64,000 bases of DNA from Dicyema japonicum (lineage: Eukaryota; Animalia; Dicyemida), in the NCBI GenBank assembly GCA_011109175.1, contig RDEW01000008.1, positions 815,954-879,953 of the forward strand, written 5' to 3'. The notes below the pieces were generated by a model that worked only from the letters and a program-made list of their open reading frames with translations, was not told the origin of the DNA and did no database searches. This document shows, one piece after another, positions 36,310 to 46,579 of this stretch (position 1 is its first letter; the number at the start of each line of letters is the position of its first letter). The translations under genes were made by a program, and so were the position numbers.

Positions 36310-36929
36310 AATATTTAAATGTAAATATTTTTTAATTTGCTAATTTAAAATTAAATTTTTCAATCTTCCAATATAATATAGCGGGCATTTTAGTTTAAAT
36401 TGACTTGTCAAAGTTAAATAATCGAGTGATCCTAGCTTATACTAAGTCTCATTCTCTTCTTGAGTGTTCTGCCACTGTTTTCCAAAAGTGTCTTCTCGAA
36501 TTTCTACAGAAAGACTCGATAGGATGTCCTTCTTCAGGATTGATCTAGATTTCTCCTATAAATAGCCATTTTTTCAAATCGACCTCCTGGCTCTTGCAGT
36601 AACGCGTTATCATAATACAATTTTTTTAGCTTAACTTAACTCTCCAATACTAAGGGACAGCCTAATTATAATAGTTATGAATTCTCTCTCATCAATTCTC
36701 ATCACCCTGTCATTTTTTCAATTTTTGTTCAGATTAACCACCCTCTTGCAGCACTGAGTTGTCAACTTCAACAAACGATTAAATTAAAACGGAATATCTC
36801 CATAGTTTAGATGTATGCTTCATCATGTAATAAAATTTTATTAGCAGTCAGAGCTATATAGTTGCTGACTGCATAACTATTCCAGTAAACTTTCCTTTAT
36901 GGTAATAAATTCATAATTGCAGCAACAGC

Positions 36930-37505
36930 ATATCTAAATGCACCATTCGGGGTTCTGGCTCAATGTCTTCATGGTTTGCGCAGTTGGAACTCTGCCGGAT
37001 GACGATGCTATTCGTGTTGGAGATGCTCTTCGGCTATGCCTCGATGTCCGATTGGAACACCGTTGCCGATGAGGTGGGGTGGTTGAAATGAAAAGGAATA
37101 CATCCCCTGTCATGCAGATTCCTTTGTTGCACCACGTTAATCTTGACTGTCACGAGGGCTTTTGAAGAGGCCGGGTTTACTTGCTTCTGGAAACCCGTCG
37201 GTCTTGACAAAAGTGATGGCAAGAAGCAGGATAGCGTAACAACCAGGCGTGGAGCCAACGGAGGTGTTTTACTTGAGATTTAACATGCATTTCTAATGGG
37301 AATTTGCTTAAGTCATCGCTGTGTGCGGGTTTCACAGCAAGTACTCCTCAAGATTCAAAAAGAAGGAATTACCGTAGCATTGATAGTTGCTTGGCCCAGC
37401 ACGTCAAAATTTATCTTGCATTAAGAGAGAGCCTAGAATGACACGACGGCTCTTTCAGAACATTGGGCTTGCAATCATGTGGGATAACTCCCATTGTGTG
37501 CCTAA
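36930..37505 (+). mobile_element. CRE-clade retrotransposon 3' fragment, interrupted by hAT (resumes 39365-~39420)
   Basis: HSGFWLNV..DDAIRVGDALRL..HRCR, GIHPLSCR, EPVGLDKSDGKK, LFQNIGLAI. Confidence 0.7.
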
Positions 37506-39364
37506 CAAGGTTGTTAGATCAATATCATTTTTTCAAAAAAATCAATGATTTAAATCATTAAAAAAATCAAAAAAATCATTTAAATTTTTTAATGTCTGGA
37601 AGAAAGCGTAATGCTTTGGATTCACTTCGATAAACGTAATATTCCAGGAAAGACCGGGAGTCGAGCCAGATGCCGTAATTGTGGGACGGAGGTACAAGGT
37701 CTCGTATCTCAGATGAGGCAGAATCATTTGTTATGTCGAACAAATATTGATATCCCTGAAAATCCGTCGAAACCTGAAAGTGATTTGATCAGCGAATTCC
37801 TTCCAAGGATGAGGGACCAGTCTTTAATCAATTTCGTTACTACGATGACGTCATCAAAAAAAATTTGATTGATATGCAATAGCTTGGTGGGAGTCGACTA
37901 ACTATAAATATTGTTTCTTTGAATGTTTCACATGCGGGGCTATAATCATTATGGCTTTCGTGAAAGTGCCTTAATAATATGCAACTCGCTAAATACATAT
38001 ATTCCAGCAACACTCCTTTTGCTGCTGTAGAACATCATTAACACCTTTCCACTTACTTGCGAATCTAATAAACCCAACACGTTGTGGGAGATCTCTTTCA
38101 ACTGCTGAGATTGACCTCGCCTTTGAGTATTGTGCTGAACATTATGAACATGCTCTTTCGACAATTTCAGTGCAAAAGCTGATCCATTCAAACTATGCAT
38201 GTTCGCTCCGAATTTATTGAGCAAAGTATCACCTATAGCAATGTTTCTTAACCTTTTTTGACCAGGGACCACTTTAGTCTGTTGAATTTTTCTGGGACAA
38301 CATGTAACAAAACAATTTAATAAAAAAACTAACAAAATTAAAAAAATCATAATATTTAGAGTTAGTGTAATTTTTGATCCTGCTTTTCAGAAACTAGCTG
38401 TTCAATTTTTGGTACAATGTTGGTAAGTGCCATTCTCATATCGTCTTCCACCTTTTATTCGGAAACAAAGTAAATAAGTGGTTAGAAAGGGAATTATCAC
38501 TTCCAGTGCATTTTTACTTAAGATTGGATATTCATTAATAACAGAAATCCAGAATTCCATTATCGAAAGCTAATTAAATGTCAACTTGCAAAACTGCGAA
38601 TTTCGCAATTTAATCAACTGTTCTTGGAAATCAATTTCTTGGCCGTCGTAAATTAATTTATTGGTTTCCGGAATAAAAGGGTGATTATCCAAGTCGCAAT
38701 TTCCTTATGTCTTTTTAATTGTGACGGCTTCAAAGAGTTGTTTCCCATTATGACGTCGCATATCATAATTGCGCATTATCGACGTAGTAGCTCCAGTATA
38801 TTGGGTAAACCATATTGGAAATAAGAATCAATCCATTTGCGATTAACCATTACAATCAAATAACAAAAAAAACACGTGGAATAAAATTAATTAAATATTC
38901 TAATAATAAAAATTAAATAATTTTTTTAGTCATAAAAATTAATTGACCTAAAAATATTTCTGGGGACCACTGGTGATCACTGGTGGTCCCCAAGGACCAA
39001 GTTAAGAAACACTGACCTATAGCTTGGTGGGAGTAAAAGTCTAACCAGTTATCTTCTGAAGTAATTTCACTCTGCAAAAAAATTCTTGGAGCAGCTACTT
39101 CCACAGATGGAATAGAACGATTTTCTTCGACTTTTGGATTTTTACATTTAAATGTACGAAATGGGCTGGGAATTGAAAAAGATGCCAAACATGTCTGTTT
39201 AAAAGCTTTTAAATAAATACGATTTCCATGTTTTTATTTTTATTTTACTTTGTTTCCGAATAAAAATCATTTAATTCAAAAAAATCAGATTTAAATCAAA
39301 AAAATCCTGTTTAAATCAAAAAAACAGATTTTTTTCATAAAAATCATGATTTTTATCAACCCTG
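37506..39364 (+). mobile_element. Internally deleted hAT (Ac/Tip100-like, BED finger) element, 8-bp TSD GTGCCTAA
   Basis: CAAGGTTG...CAACCCTG ends, identical 8-bp flanks and AAAATC subterminal repeats at both ends. Encodes WIHF..ARCRNCG..NHLLC (BED), SSNTPFAAVEH and SPIAWW..ATSTDGIERFSSTFG..VRNGLG (dimerisation). Confidence 0.85.
38239..39014 (-). mobile_element. 776-bp non-autonomous Buster-type hAT nested in the previous element, TSD ACCTATAG
   Basis: TIRs CA(A/G)TGTTTCTTAAC at both ends with subterminal GGGACCAC, identical 8-bp flanks with central TA. Interior minus strand VEDDMRMALTNIVPKIEQL (Buster C-terminus). Confidence 0.85.
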
Positions 39365-40172
39365 GTGCCTAATGCCTGTATTCCACAGTGGAACTCTTCA
39401 ACGTTGACATTTTGCTATAGTTTTTTAAATGAATATTCCCCTATTAAAATTATAGTAGCCGATAATCCCACTCTTAAAAGATTAGACAGTATAATCCTTT
39501 GTTAATCAGACATGTAATATATATTATAAAGAGCTCTAAAATAAGAAAATACGTCAGTCTCTCCACCAGATTACATGTGCATCCCGTTGTCGTCTAGACG
39601 GGTGGAGTAATCGGGGTCAAGACGGTATATTTTTAAGATTGCTTAGGGTTAATGATATCTAGTGTTTTTCTGAATGTTTAATTTGATTGTTGTGTTTTAA
39701 TGTCTAATTTTTGTAAAAATTCTAAATTTGTGTATCTGCATTTCCGCAATCGATTTTAGGCAAAAGGCAATTTTTCATACCTGAGTCTGACTTTTAAAAA
39801 GTTGTTTGGAGGCCCCAGGTGGCCGGTCCATTGTTAGAAGAGGTCGAAATTTTCAAATCAATATTAAAATGACATTTGAGGGGTCAATTCGTCGGTAGGG
39901 AGTACGTGGGCAGGTCCCTTGACATTAATAAAGATATAAAAAGAAGTTGAATAACATCTCCCAATTAAAGTGACGTCACTAATTAGCAATCAATAATTAA
40001 GTCAAAATGTTACAAATGCATTAAATTACTTTCATAAACTTTAAAAAATTAATTTCATAGGAAGCACACAAATCAAATAACTTTGGCGCCCAAACAAGCT
40101 CATTTTCTTTTGACAAACAAAAATTAAAATTTTATTTACAAATTTAAAAAAATACAATAAAAATAAATAATT

Positions 40173-40703
40173 TTATGTATTTTTCTGTAAAATCAAGGAA
40201 TAGTTTCTTCCATAATTGTTGTCCCAGAAGACGTGGTCGCACTGATTCGCAGCCAGACAAAACTCAACCCTGTCCCCAATAATCTCCTCCAGTGAAACAG
40301 TAAAGCAGAACTCAAAATAGTCGTATTCCTGTTCCTTTTTCAACGTTGTCTCATATTTGGCTTCCACGTCAACAAAGGACTCCCACCCATTGACTGATAG
40401 TCGCACAAAAACTTTCTTTTCATACCCCAAGTTGCTGACTTTGATCACTCCCCGAACGGACAAGCCATATGAGTAAATCTGTGATAGGGAAATTTTATTG
40501 TGGCGTAGCTTAACATGGAAATTGTGTAAATCGGTGATTGGCTGTTTAAAATTCCTAATTAGCACATTTTGGGGGATATCTATCACCCTGGTAGTAATGT
40601 CCTCATATTTGCATTCATTAGTGTACTTTTCCTGTTTGTAGTAAAATTTTGTGAATAAAACATTCGAAAAACTCACTGCTTTCCTGTGATTATTATCTTC
40701 CAT
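40173..40703 (-). CDS. PPP1R3: PP1 glycogen-targeting subunit (PPP1R3 family, CBM21 domain)
   Basis: RVxF-type motif RKAVSF, CBM21 VRGVIKVSNLGYEKKVFVRLSVNGW..YDYFEF..RVEFCL..WDNNYGRNYSL; intact ORF. An upstream exon cannot be excluded. Confidence 0.85.
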   Translation of the reverse strand: MEDNNHRKAVSFSNVLFTKFYYKQEKYTNECKYEDITTRVIDIPQNVLIRNFKQPITDLHNFHVKLRHNKISLSQIYSYGLSVRGVIKVSNLGYEKKVFVRLSVNGWESFVDVEAKYETTLKKEQEYDYFEFCFTVSLEEIIGDRVEFCLAANQCDHVFWDNNYGRNYSLILQKNT

Positions 40704-41191
40704 TTAACTTTAAAACGCAGATTAATTTAAAAACTAACTACGTCGCGTGTCAGCATCGTCATTTATCGACCAAGGAAGTATAGGAATATTGATTCCTTAC
40801 TGTATTACGGACCCAACTGACTAATCCACTTGTCTGCCGGCCTTACGACAGCGTGTAGTGCCTCAGGGGGTGTTGACTTAGCTGTAGTCATCGTCGGTTT
40901 TTAGGGGATTATTAATGGATCTACTACTGGTTTAAATAACATAAAAAAGGAATAGGAACTTGAGAGGAGAGCGATAGAACATGGAATCATTGGATGGGAG
41001 AGGGAATGGCTGTAATTGATGATATTGACATATAAAGATAATAAGAAATAAGGAAGTAGTTATATGCATATTTGCTAAATTAATTATACAACAAATAAAT
41101 TACTGTTTTTGAATATTAATTTATATTTTATTTTTATCAACATAAAATTTATAAAAATTTTAAAAATTTATGAATTTAATTAAAATAACAT

Positions 41192-42403
41192 ATGGGTGCT
41201 AAGAGACTCTAATTTTGCTAGAACACCCCCATAGAAGGTATAACCCACTCACAGCAGAATGGGTCCTTGTCAGCACAAATCGCATCAACAGACCGTGGAC
41301 GGGGCAGGAAGAAGTCGCAGAAAGAAAAATAGTCGATAATACTCTTAACAATCCTCTAAAACCTGGAGGATTAAGGGCTAATGATATTGTTGGCTTAATA
41401 AAATTCCTTTAGAGAAATCCTCTCTACAAAGACGTCTTCGTGTTCTCCAACGACTTCCCAGCCCTCGTCGATTCGCAGACAACCCGGCAAAAAGGTAAAT
41501 AAATTATTATTACCATAGGAAGTATGAAAAATGACGGAGACCTAATAATATCAGAGCCGGTTGGTGGTTCTTGTGATGTCATGTGTTTCAATCCCGACTC
41601 CAACATGACCTTGTCGAGAATGACCATTTCAGAGATTGAGGTTGTCATTTCAAAGTGGAAGGAGATCAGTTTGACAAAGTCCCGTAAATACACGTGGATG
41701 CAGGTACTTTATTACTCATTTGCTAGATTTTTGAGAATAAGGGACCTGTTATGGGCTGTTCAAACCCTCATCCTCACTGTCAGATCTGGTGCTGTGATTT
41801 CATCCCCAATATTCCAGAAAGGGAACTGGAGACCCAGAGATCATATTTCAAGAACCACGGGACTTCCATGCTATCGAAATATCTCCAAACAGAACTCGGA
41901 AAATCGGTTGCTTGAATAATTATCCAAGGATCGTGTCGTCGTTCAAAATGAGATGTGGGCCTATATTGTCCCGTATTGGGCTTCATGGCCTTTTGAGCTG
42001 ATTCTTCTCCCAAAACGGCATATTTCCTACTTGCATGACATTACAATCGAAGAGACCACCAAACTGGCCGAATTAATGAGACTGATGATGATTAAATACG
42101 ACAATTTGTTCAAATGTGACTTCCCGTATTCCATGGGATGGCATGGTTGTTCTATCTGTGATCCCCTAGGGGCTCCCTTTGGCTGTGACTCCTGTGGAGT
42201 ATGTTATGGAGACTTTTGGACTCTGCATGCCCACTACTATCCCCCACTACTTCGTTCCGCCAGTGTAAAGAAGTTTATGGTCGGTTTTGAGATGTTGTCC
42301 ATGCCTCAGAGAGATTTGACCGCAGAGAAGGTATTTAGCTTGTAAAATTCTCAAGGCTGCTGAGATTTTGAGATCTCTCCCAGAAGTTAGGTATGATGAC
42401 TAA
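41192..42403 (+). CDS. GALT: Galactose-1-phosphate uridylyltransferase, 8 exons
   Basis: [56 protein letters not shown] (catalytic HPH), [53 protein letters not shown]. Seven introns of 26, 24, 24, 23, 22, 24 and 25 nt give a clean frame. Confidence 0.95.
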
Positions 42404-42419
42404 ACTAATAATGACTCTC

Positions 42420-44900
42420 TCCCTAATTGTTATTTGGTTCGACATTAAAAGACACCATTTCATCATATCAAAGGGGTCACTAACGTGGTACCCTACCATC
42501 AGGTTCGATAGTAAACATAATCCTCTCGTCTCTCCCTGAACATGAGGTTATCATCAAGGCGTTGATTCGAAATCTGAAAGTGACCCTTCTTTAATGATCC
42601 ATAATGTATTGCTATCAAATCTCCATTAATGGTTAAATTCACCGTTATTTTGGAATGAATCCAAAGGACCTCGAGTCGAAGGAATATTTCATAAAATGGG
42701 GGAAAGACAGAATCAGGTTGATTTTTAAATTAAAATTCAAAATTGTTGTTATTTGAGTCAATTTATAATAAATCTTTCTTTCTAAGTAATAGTCCTTCAG
42801 AAAGACCAAACTAACTAATCTAGTAATGCGTTCCAGTAGAACTCTCAACTAGGCATAGTGATCCAGAGAGCATTGTCCCGGAGCTGAGGTCGAAGCCAGA
42901 ACTCGTCGCCAGGGAGCGAAATAGTCTCCTGGTGGATTGAAGAGATGCATCCTTTTGAAAGCAGGCATTGGCGTCTCCTGAGTAAAGTGATCCGATGACG
43001 CCTATATAAGTAAGGAATAGCCAATCAAGTAGCCACATGTTACCACATGAGACCACGTGGAAATTAATCTCGTTTTATGATTATATTGATTATTATAATT
43101 AATGAATATTATTAATTTAAAATTAGCATAATCAATTGATTTCAGTCACAAATGTTGATGCAAGTATCCCCCTGCAGGGATGAGAGAAGGCTCTTTCGTA
43201 CGGTAGGGGGAAGAATGGGAGACCACAGACGTTGGATGGCTCGATTGATTGCGGAAACTGGGATTACCTAACTGTCTGACGTTATTTCTGTATTTTTTCT
43301 CGGTGATCCAGGGGTTCTAGATAAATAATGCAAGTATGGGGGCTCCATCACGTCTGGAGGCATTGAGCACGGAATGGGAGTTACTAATAGTGATCACGAG
43401 CCCAATGTTATGGAATAGCCATTCAAGGCTCTCCCTCCCACAATTCTTCAAGTTGCATGAATAGTCTATTAATAACTGAAAAAACCAATTCTGTGACATT
43501 TTCTTAGGATCTAGTTCAGGTGGATCTTTGCTTTTATATATTCCCTAACTGCACAGTTCTCCCATTGTCCACATTATTAATGCCAGTGTCAAGAATTCAG
43601 ATGATTACAGGTTCGAATCTCGCTATTGTTCCAACTGAAGGTTCCGTGATCTACGATAGCGTTGTCGTCAGTGGTACCTCACTACAGAACCGGATTGTCT
43701 GCAGAGACTCACATGCAATCAAAAGAAGTAACTGTTCTTCACTCTTAAAATCAGGTGTGTTTTGCACGTGTTGAGTTATTAGTATTATGGATGAGTCATA
43801 AACTCCAATTCTATAATGCAGTTGAGAATGGGATTTTTATAAAATCTTAGTGGACAACATAAAATCCAAAATGTTTAAAAACGGAAAATTTATTGGTTAA
43901 GGTACAAAAAACATAATTCCGTATGTGAGGAAGCCGCATGGTTATTCCTTCTAGCGAGCAAAACTTGCTCGAATTGGAGAACGTGTTTTAAAATATCCCC
44001 ATTTAAAATTATTGGCTCGACAGATTTTTTGGTAGATAGTGAGAGGGATCCAACATTGTTTCCAAGAGATTTTCTATGATTTTTAAGAAGTCATTCTCTT
44101 CATTGCTGTCACCTGATTTTACTCATGTTTGACGAAAGAAAATCAAACAAGATCGGGGACTTTGGGGTCTTCACAAGTTTCTCATTTCACCCATCCGACT
44201 TGTTGATACTAGTCGGAGATCTAAAATATCACTGCGAAACTTAAAATCCTCAAGTAGTGGGAAGATGAGATCTCTCCTGGAGATTAGAACTAGCCTTCGC
44301 ATTTATAAGTTAAAGATGTCCTGAGAAATTTGTCATCATAATGTTGAATAGCAAGGATCAAACTCCGTGGGGCTCCTTTTCAGTTAAAACCCATCAGATA
44401 AATGAAGTACAGGATCTCCTGGTTAGAAAATCCATTTATCCAAGCCTGTAGGACTCAGGTACGGGATAATTGAAAAAGGATTGCTTAATGTACCTGCACT
44501 ATTAAAGTCCGTGAAATTTCCAAACATATGACATTCAAAAGGCTCTTGGATTCTCTCACTTTTGAACTTCCGAATTTAGGAGAGAAACCAAATTGCTGGC
44601 CCCTCATGAAGCCCGTATCTTGGACCAGGTTAGAGATCCTCTTGAAAATTATCTATTCTACAACTCCCGGCATCGAACACATTAGATTGATAGCTTCTCG
44701 GGACAATGCAATGAACATGAACCTACTGGGAAATATGTTAGCGCAGAGGAGAATAAAATGTGCCTGATGCCTTATCATATAGAAGTTGCAGAGTTGGCGA
44801 GAAATTTGAAAAAACATATTCAAGAAAAAAGTGCGATTGATGCAAACACGAGAAAAGTTCTAAGAAAAAAGCTAACTTGTCAGAGCGGAGATATTTTCAA
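42420..44900 (-). other. Probable unidentified multi-exon gene (helical-repeat-like), convergent with GALT
   Basis: Coding-like segments broken by short GT-AG stretches (QHVQNTPDFKSEEQLLLLIACESLQTIRFCSE; NPWITEKKYRNNVRQL; SHSSPTVRKSLLSSLQGILAS). Model not resolved. Confidence 0.3.
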
Positions 44901-45011
44901 GATGAATTATTAAGTAAAAAACTAAAAAATAATGCACTCAGCGATTCGCTTTCTTCGACAAAAAATCGAAGAGAAGGATAGAGATGAGAAATCAATATTG
45001 ATTTGGAAGAA

Positions 45012-45080
45012 TGTACAGCGACGAGATTTGAACCAGAGACTCAGATCATTTTGACTGGCACTTATGACACTGTCCCGGGT
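45012..45080 (-). mobile_element. tRNA-derived SINE-like head, copy 2
   Basis: Minus strand CCCGGGACAGTGTCATAAGTGCCAGTCAAAATGATCTGAGTCTCTGGTTCAAATCTCGTCGCTGTACA aligns end-to-end with the head at 5787-5857; B-box GGTTCAAATC. Confidence 0.35.
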
Positions 45081-45179
45081 TATTGTTCAATCTCCCTTAA
45101 ATAACCAAGATTTTAGTAAATTTTTAAAAGGGATATTTCTCGATAAAAGATATTGTAAAAAACGCATAGAACTCCTTAA

Positions 45180-46545
45180 GGAGATCTGTGACTAAGCCAA
45201 TTACAGTGGCGCAGATACGGAGATACAAACGGCTCTGAAAAACTGAATAACAATAGGAGTCCGGGTATTGAAGGTATCAACGGGGAACTTGTGAAACATT
45301 CGCCGCCTTCACTGCCTATCACCTATGCAACATGCTAAACGACATTTTTATGAAACATATGCCTGTCCCACTAGGGCAAGGAATTCTGATACCTATACAG
45401 AAACATGGAAAGCTGGTTGGACCGGTAGAAAATCTCAGGCTCATAATCCTTCTAACAACCCTACGGAAACTACTATCTCTGATTGTTCTGGAAAAGATTT
45501 CTCCCACTGTTGACGAATATCTGTCTCTGGGCCAAAATGGTTTTAGAAGAGAAAGATCTACAGCGATTATCGTATGGACACATATATGGAAGGCTGTTAA
45601 GGCTGTTCACATACTAGGGATTGATCTTTTATATACTAGGGATTGATCCCTCCGAGCGTTAGATACTGTACGGCTGTTCACATACTAGGATTGATCTCCC
45701 GAGCGTTAGATACTGTACGGCTGTTCACATACTAGGATTGATCTCTCCCGAGCGTTAGATACTGTAAGCAGAGGCAAACTAATGTTGTTACTTGGTACTT
45801 TGCTGGACGAGAACAGTCAAAGGATGATCCGGGTCCTAATTGCAGACACTGAAATACAAGTCTGGGTCGGTTCAGAGCGATCCCGTAAATTTGAGATACA
45901 TTGGCACTCTCAAGAAGATTCTTTATTGCCACTACTATTTTTTGTCTATCTGAAAGCCGCCCTTCCGGACCTACGAGCCAAAACTGGGCCGACTTCGATC
46001 ACAGAGCTAATTTACGAGGATGACGCAGACTTTGTTTCGAGGACATAAAAGAGATTAGGACTGTTCTAAATCATGCTCCAGAGTATTCAGGGAATGGTTT
46101 TTGAAAATGAACAAACAAAAGACGGAGGTCACAACTGTTAAAAGAAAAACTCAATTGACAGATGAGAAATGGAGAAGAACAAAAAAAGTCGTCTCACTAG
46201 TCGGTGATTGAGAAGATGTTCAGCGAAGGAAAATGCTATCGATTGTTGCACTTAAAAAACTAAAGTCCATATGGCTAAAATACTCACACGTCTCAACATC
46301 TATAAAAATGCGCCTATACAATGCATTTATTCTGCCTATTTTGCTGTACTACTCAGAAACATGGGGTTTGAATCAAACTTGTACTGAATATCTGAATGTT
46401 TTTCACATAAAACAACTGAAATCCCTATTGGGCATACACTATCCGAAGGTGATCAGCAACCAGAACATATACACTACCTGTAAATCTGAAAGCTTGGGGA
46501 CTACTGTAATGAAAACTCGATGGGAATTTTATTTATTTTATTAAC
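45180..46545 (+). mobile_element. RTE-like non-LTR retrotransposon RT fragment, decayed
   Basis: LNNNRSPGIEGINGEL, LIPIQKHGK..ENLRLIILL..QNGFRRERST, QEDSLLPLLF..YEDDADF, KMRLYNAFILPILLYYSETWGL..LKSLLGIHYPKVISN. Confidence 0.75.
45601..45766 (+). repeat. Three tandem ~47-49-bp units inside the RTE-like element
   Basis: Unit GGCTGTTCACATACTAGG(G)ATTGATCT(CT)CCCGAGCGTTAGATACTGTAC; units start at 45601, 45672 and 45719. The first has an extra internal duplication. Confidence 0.85.
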
Positions 46546-46579
46546 CCGAAATCACGAGAAAGAGGATAAAAGTTATCAT

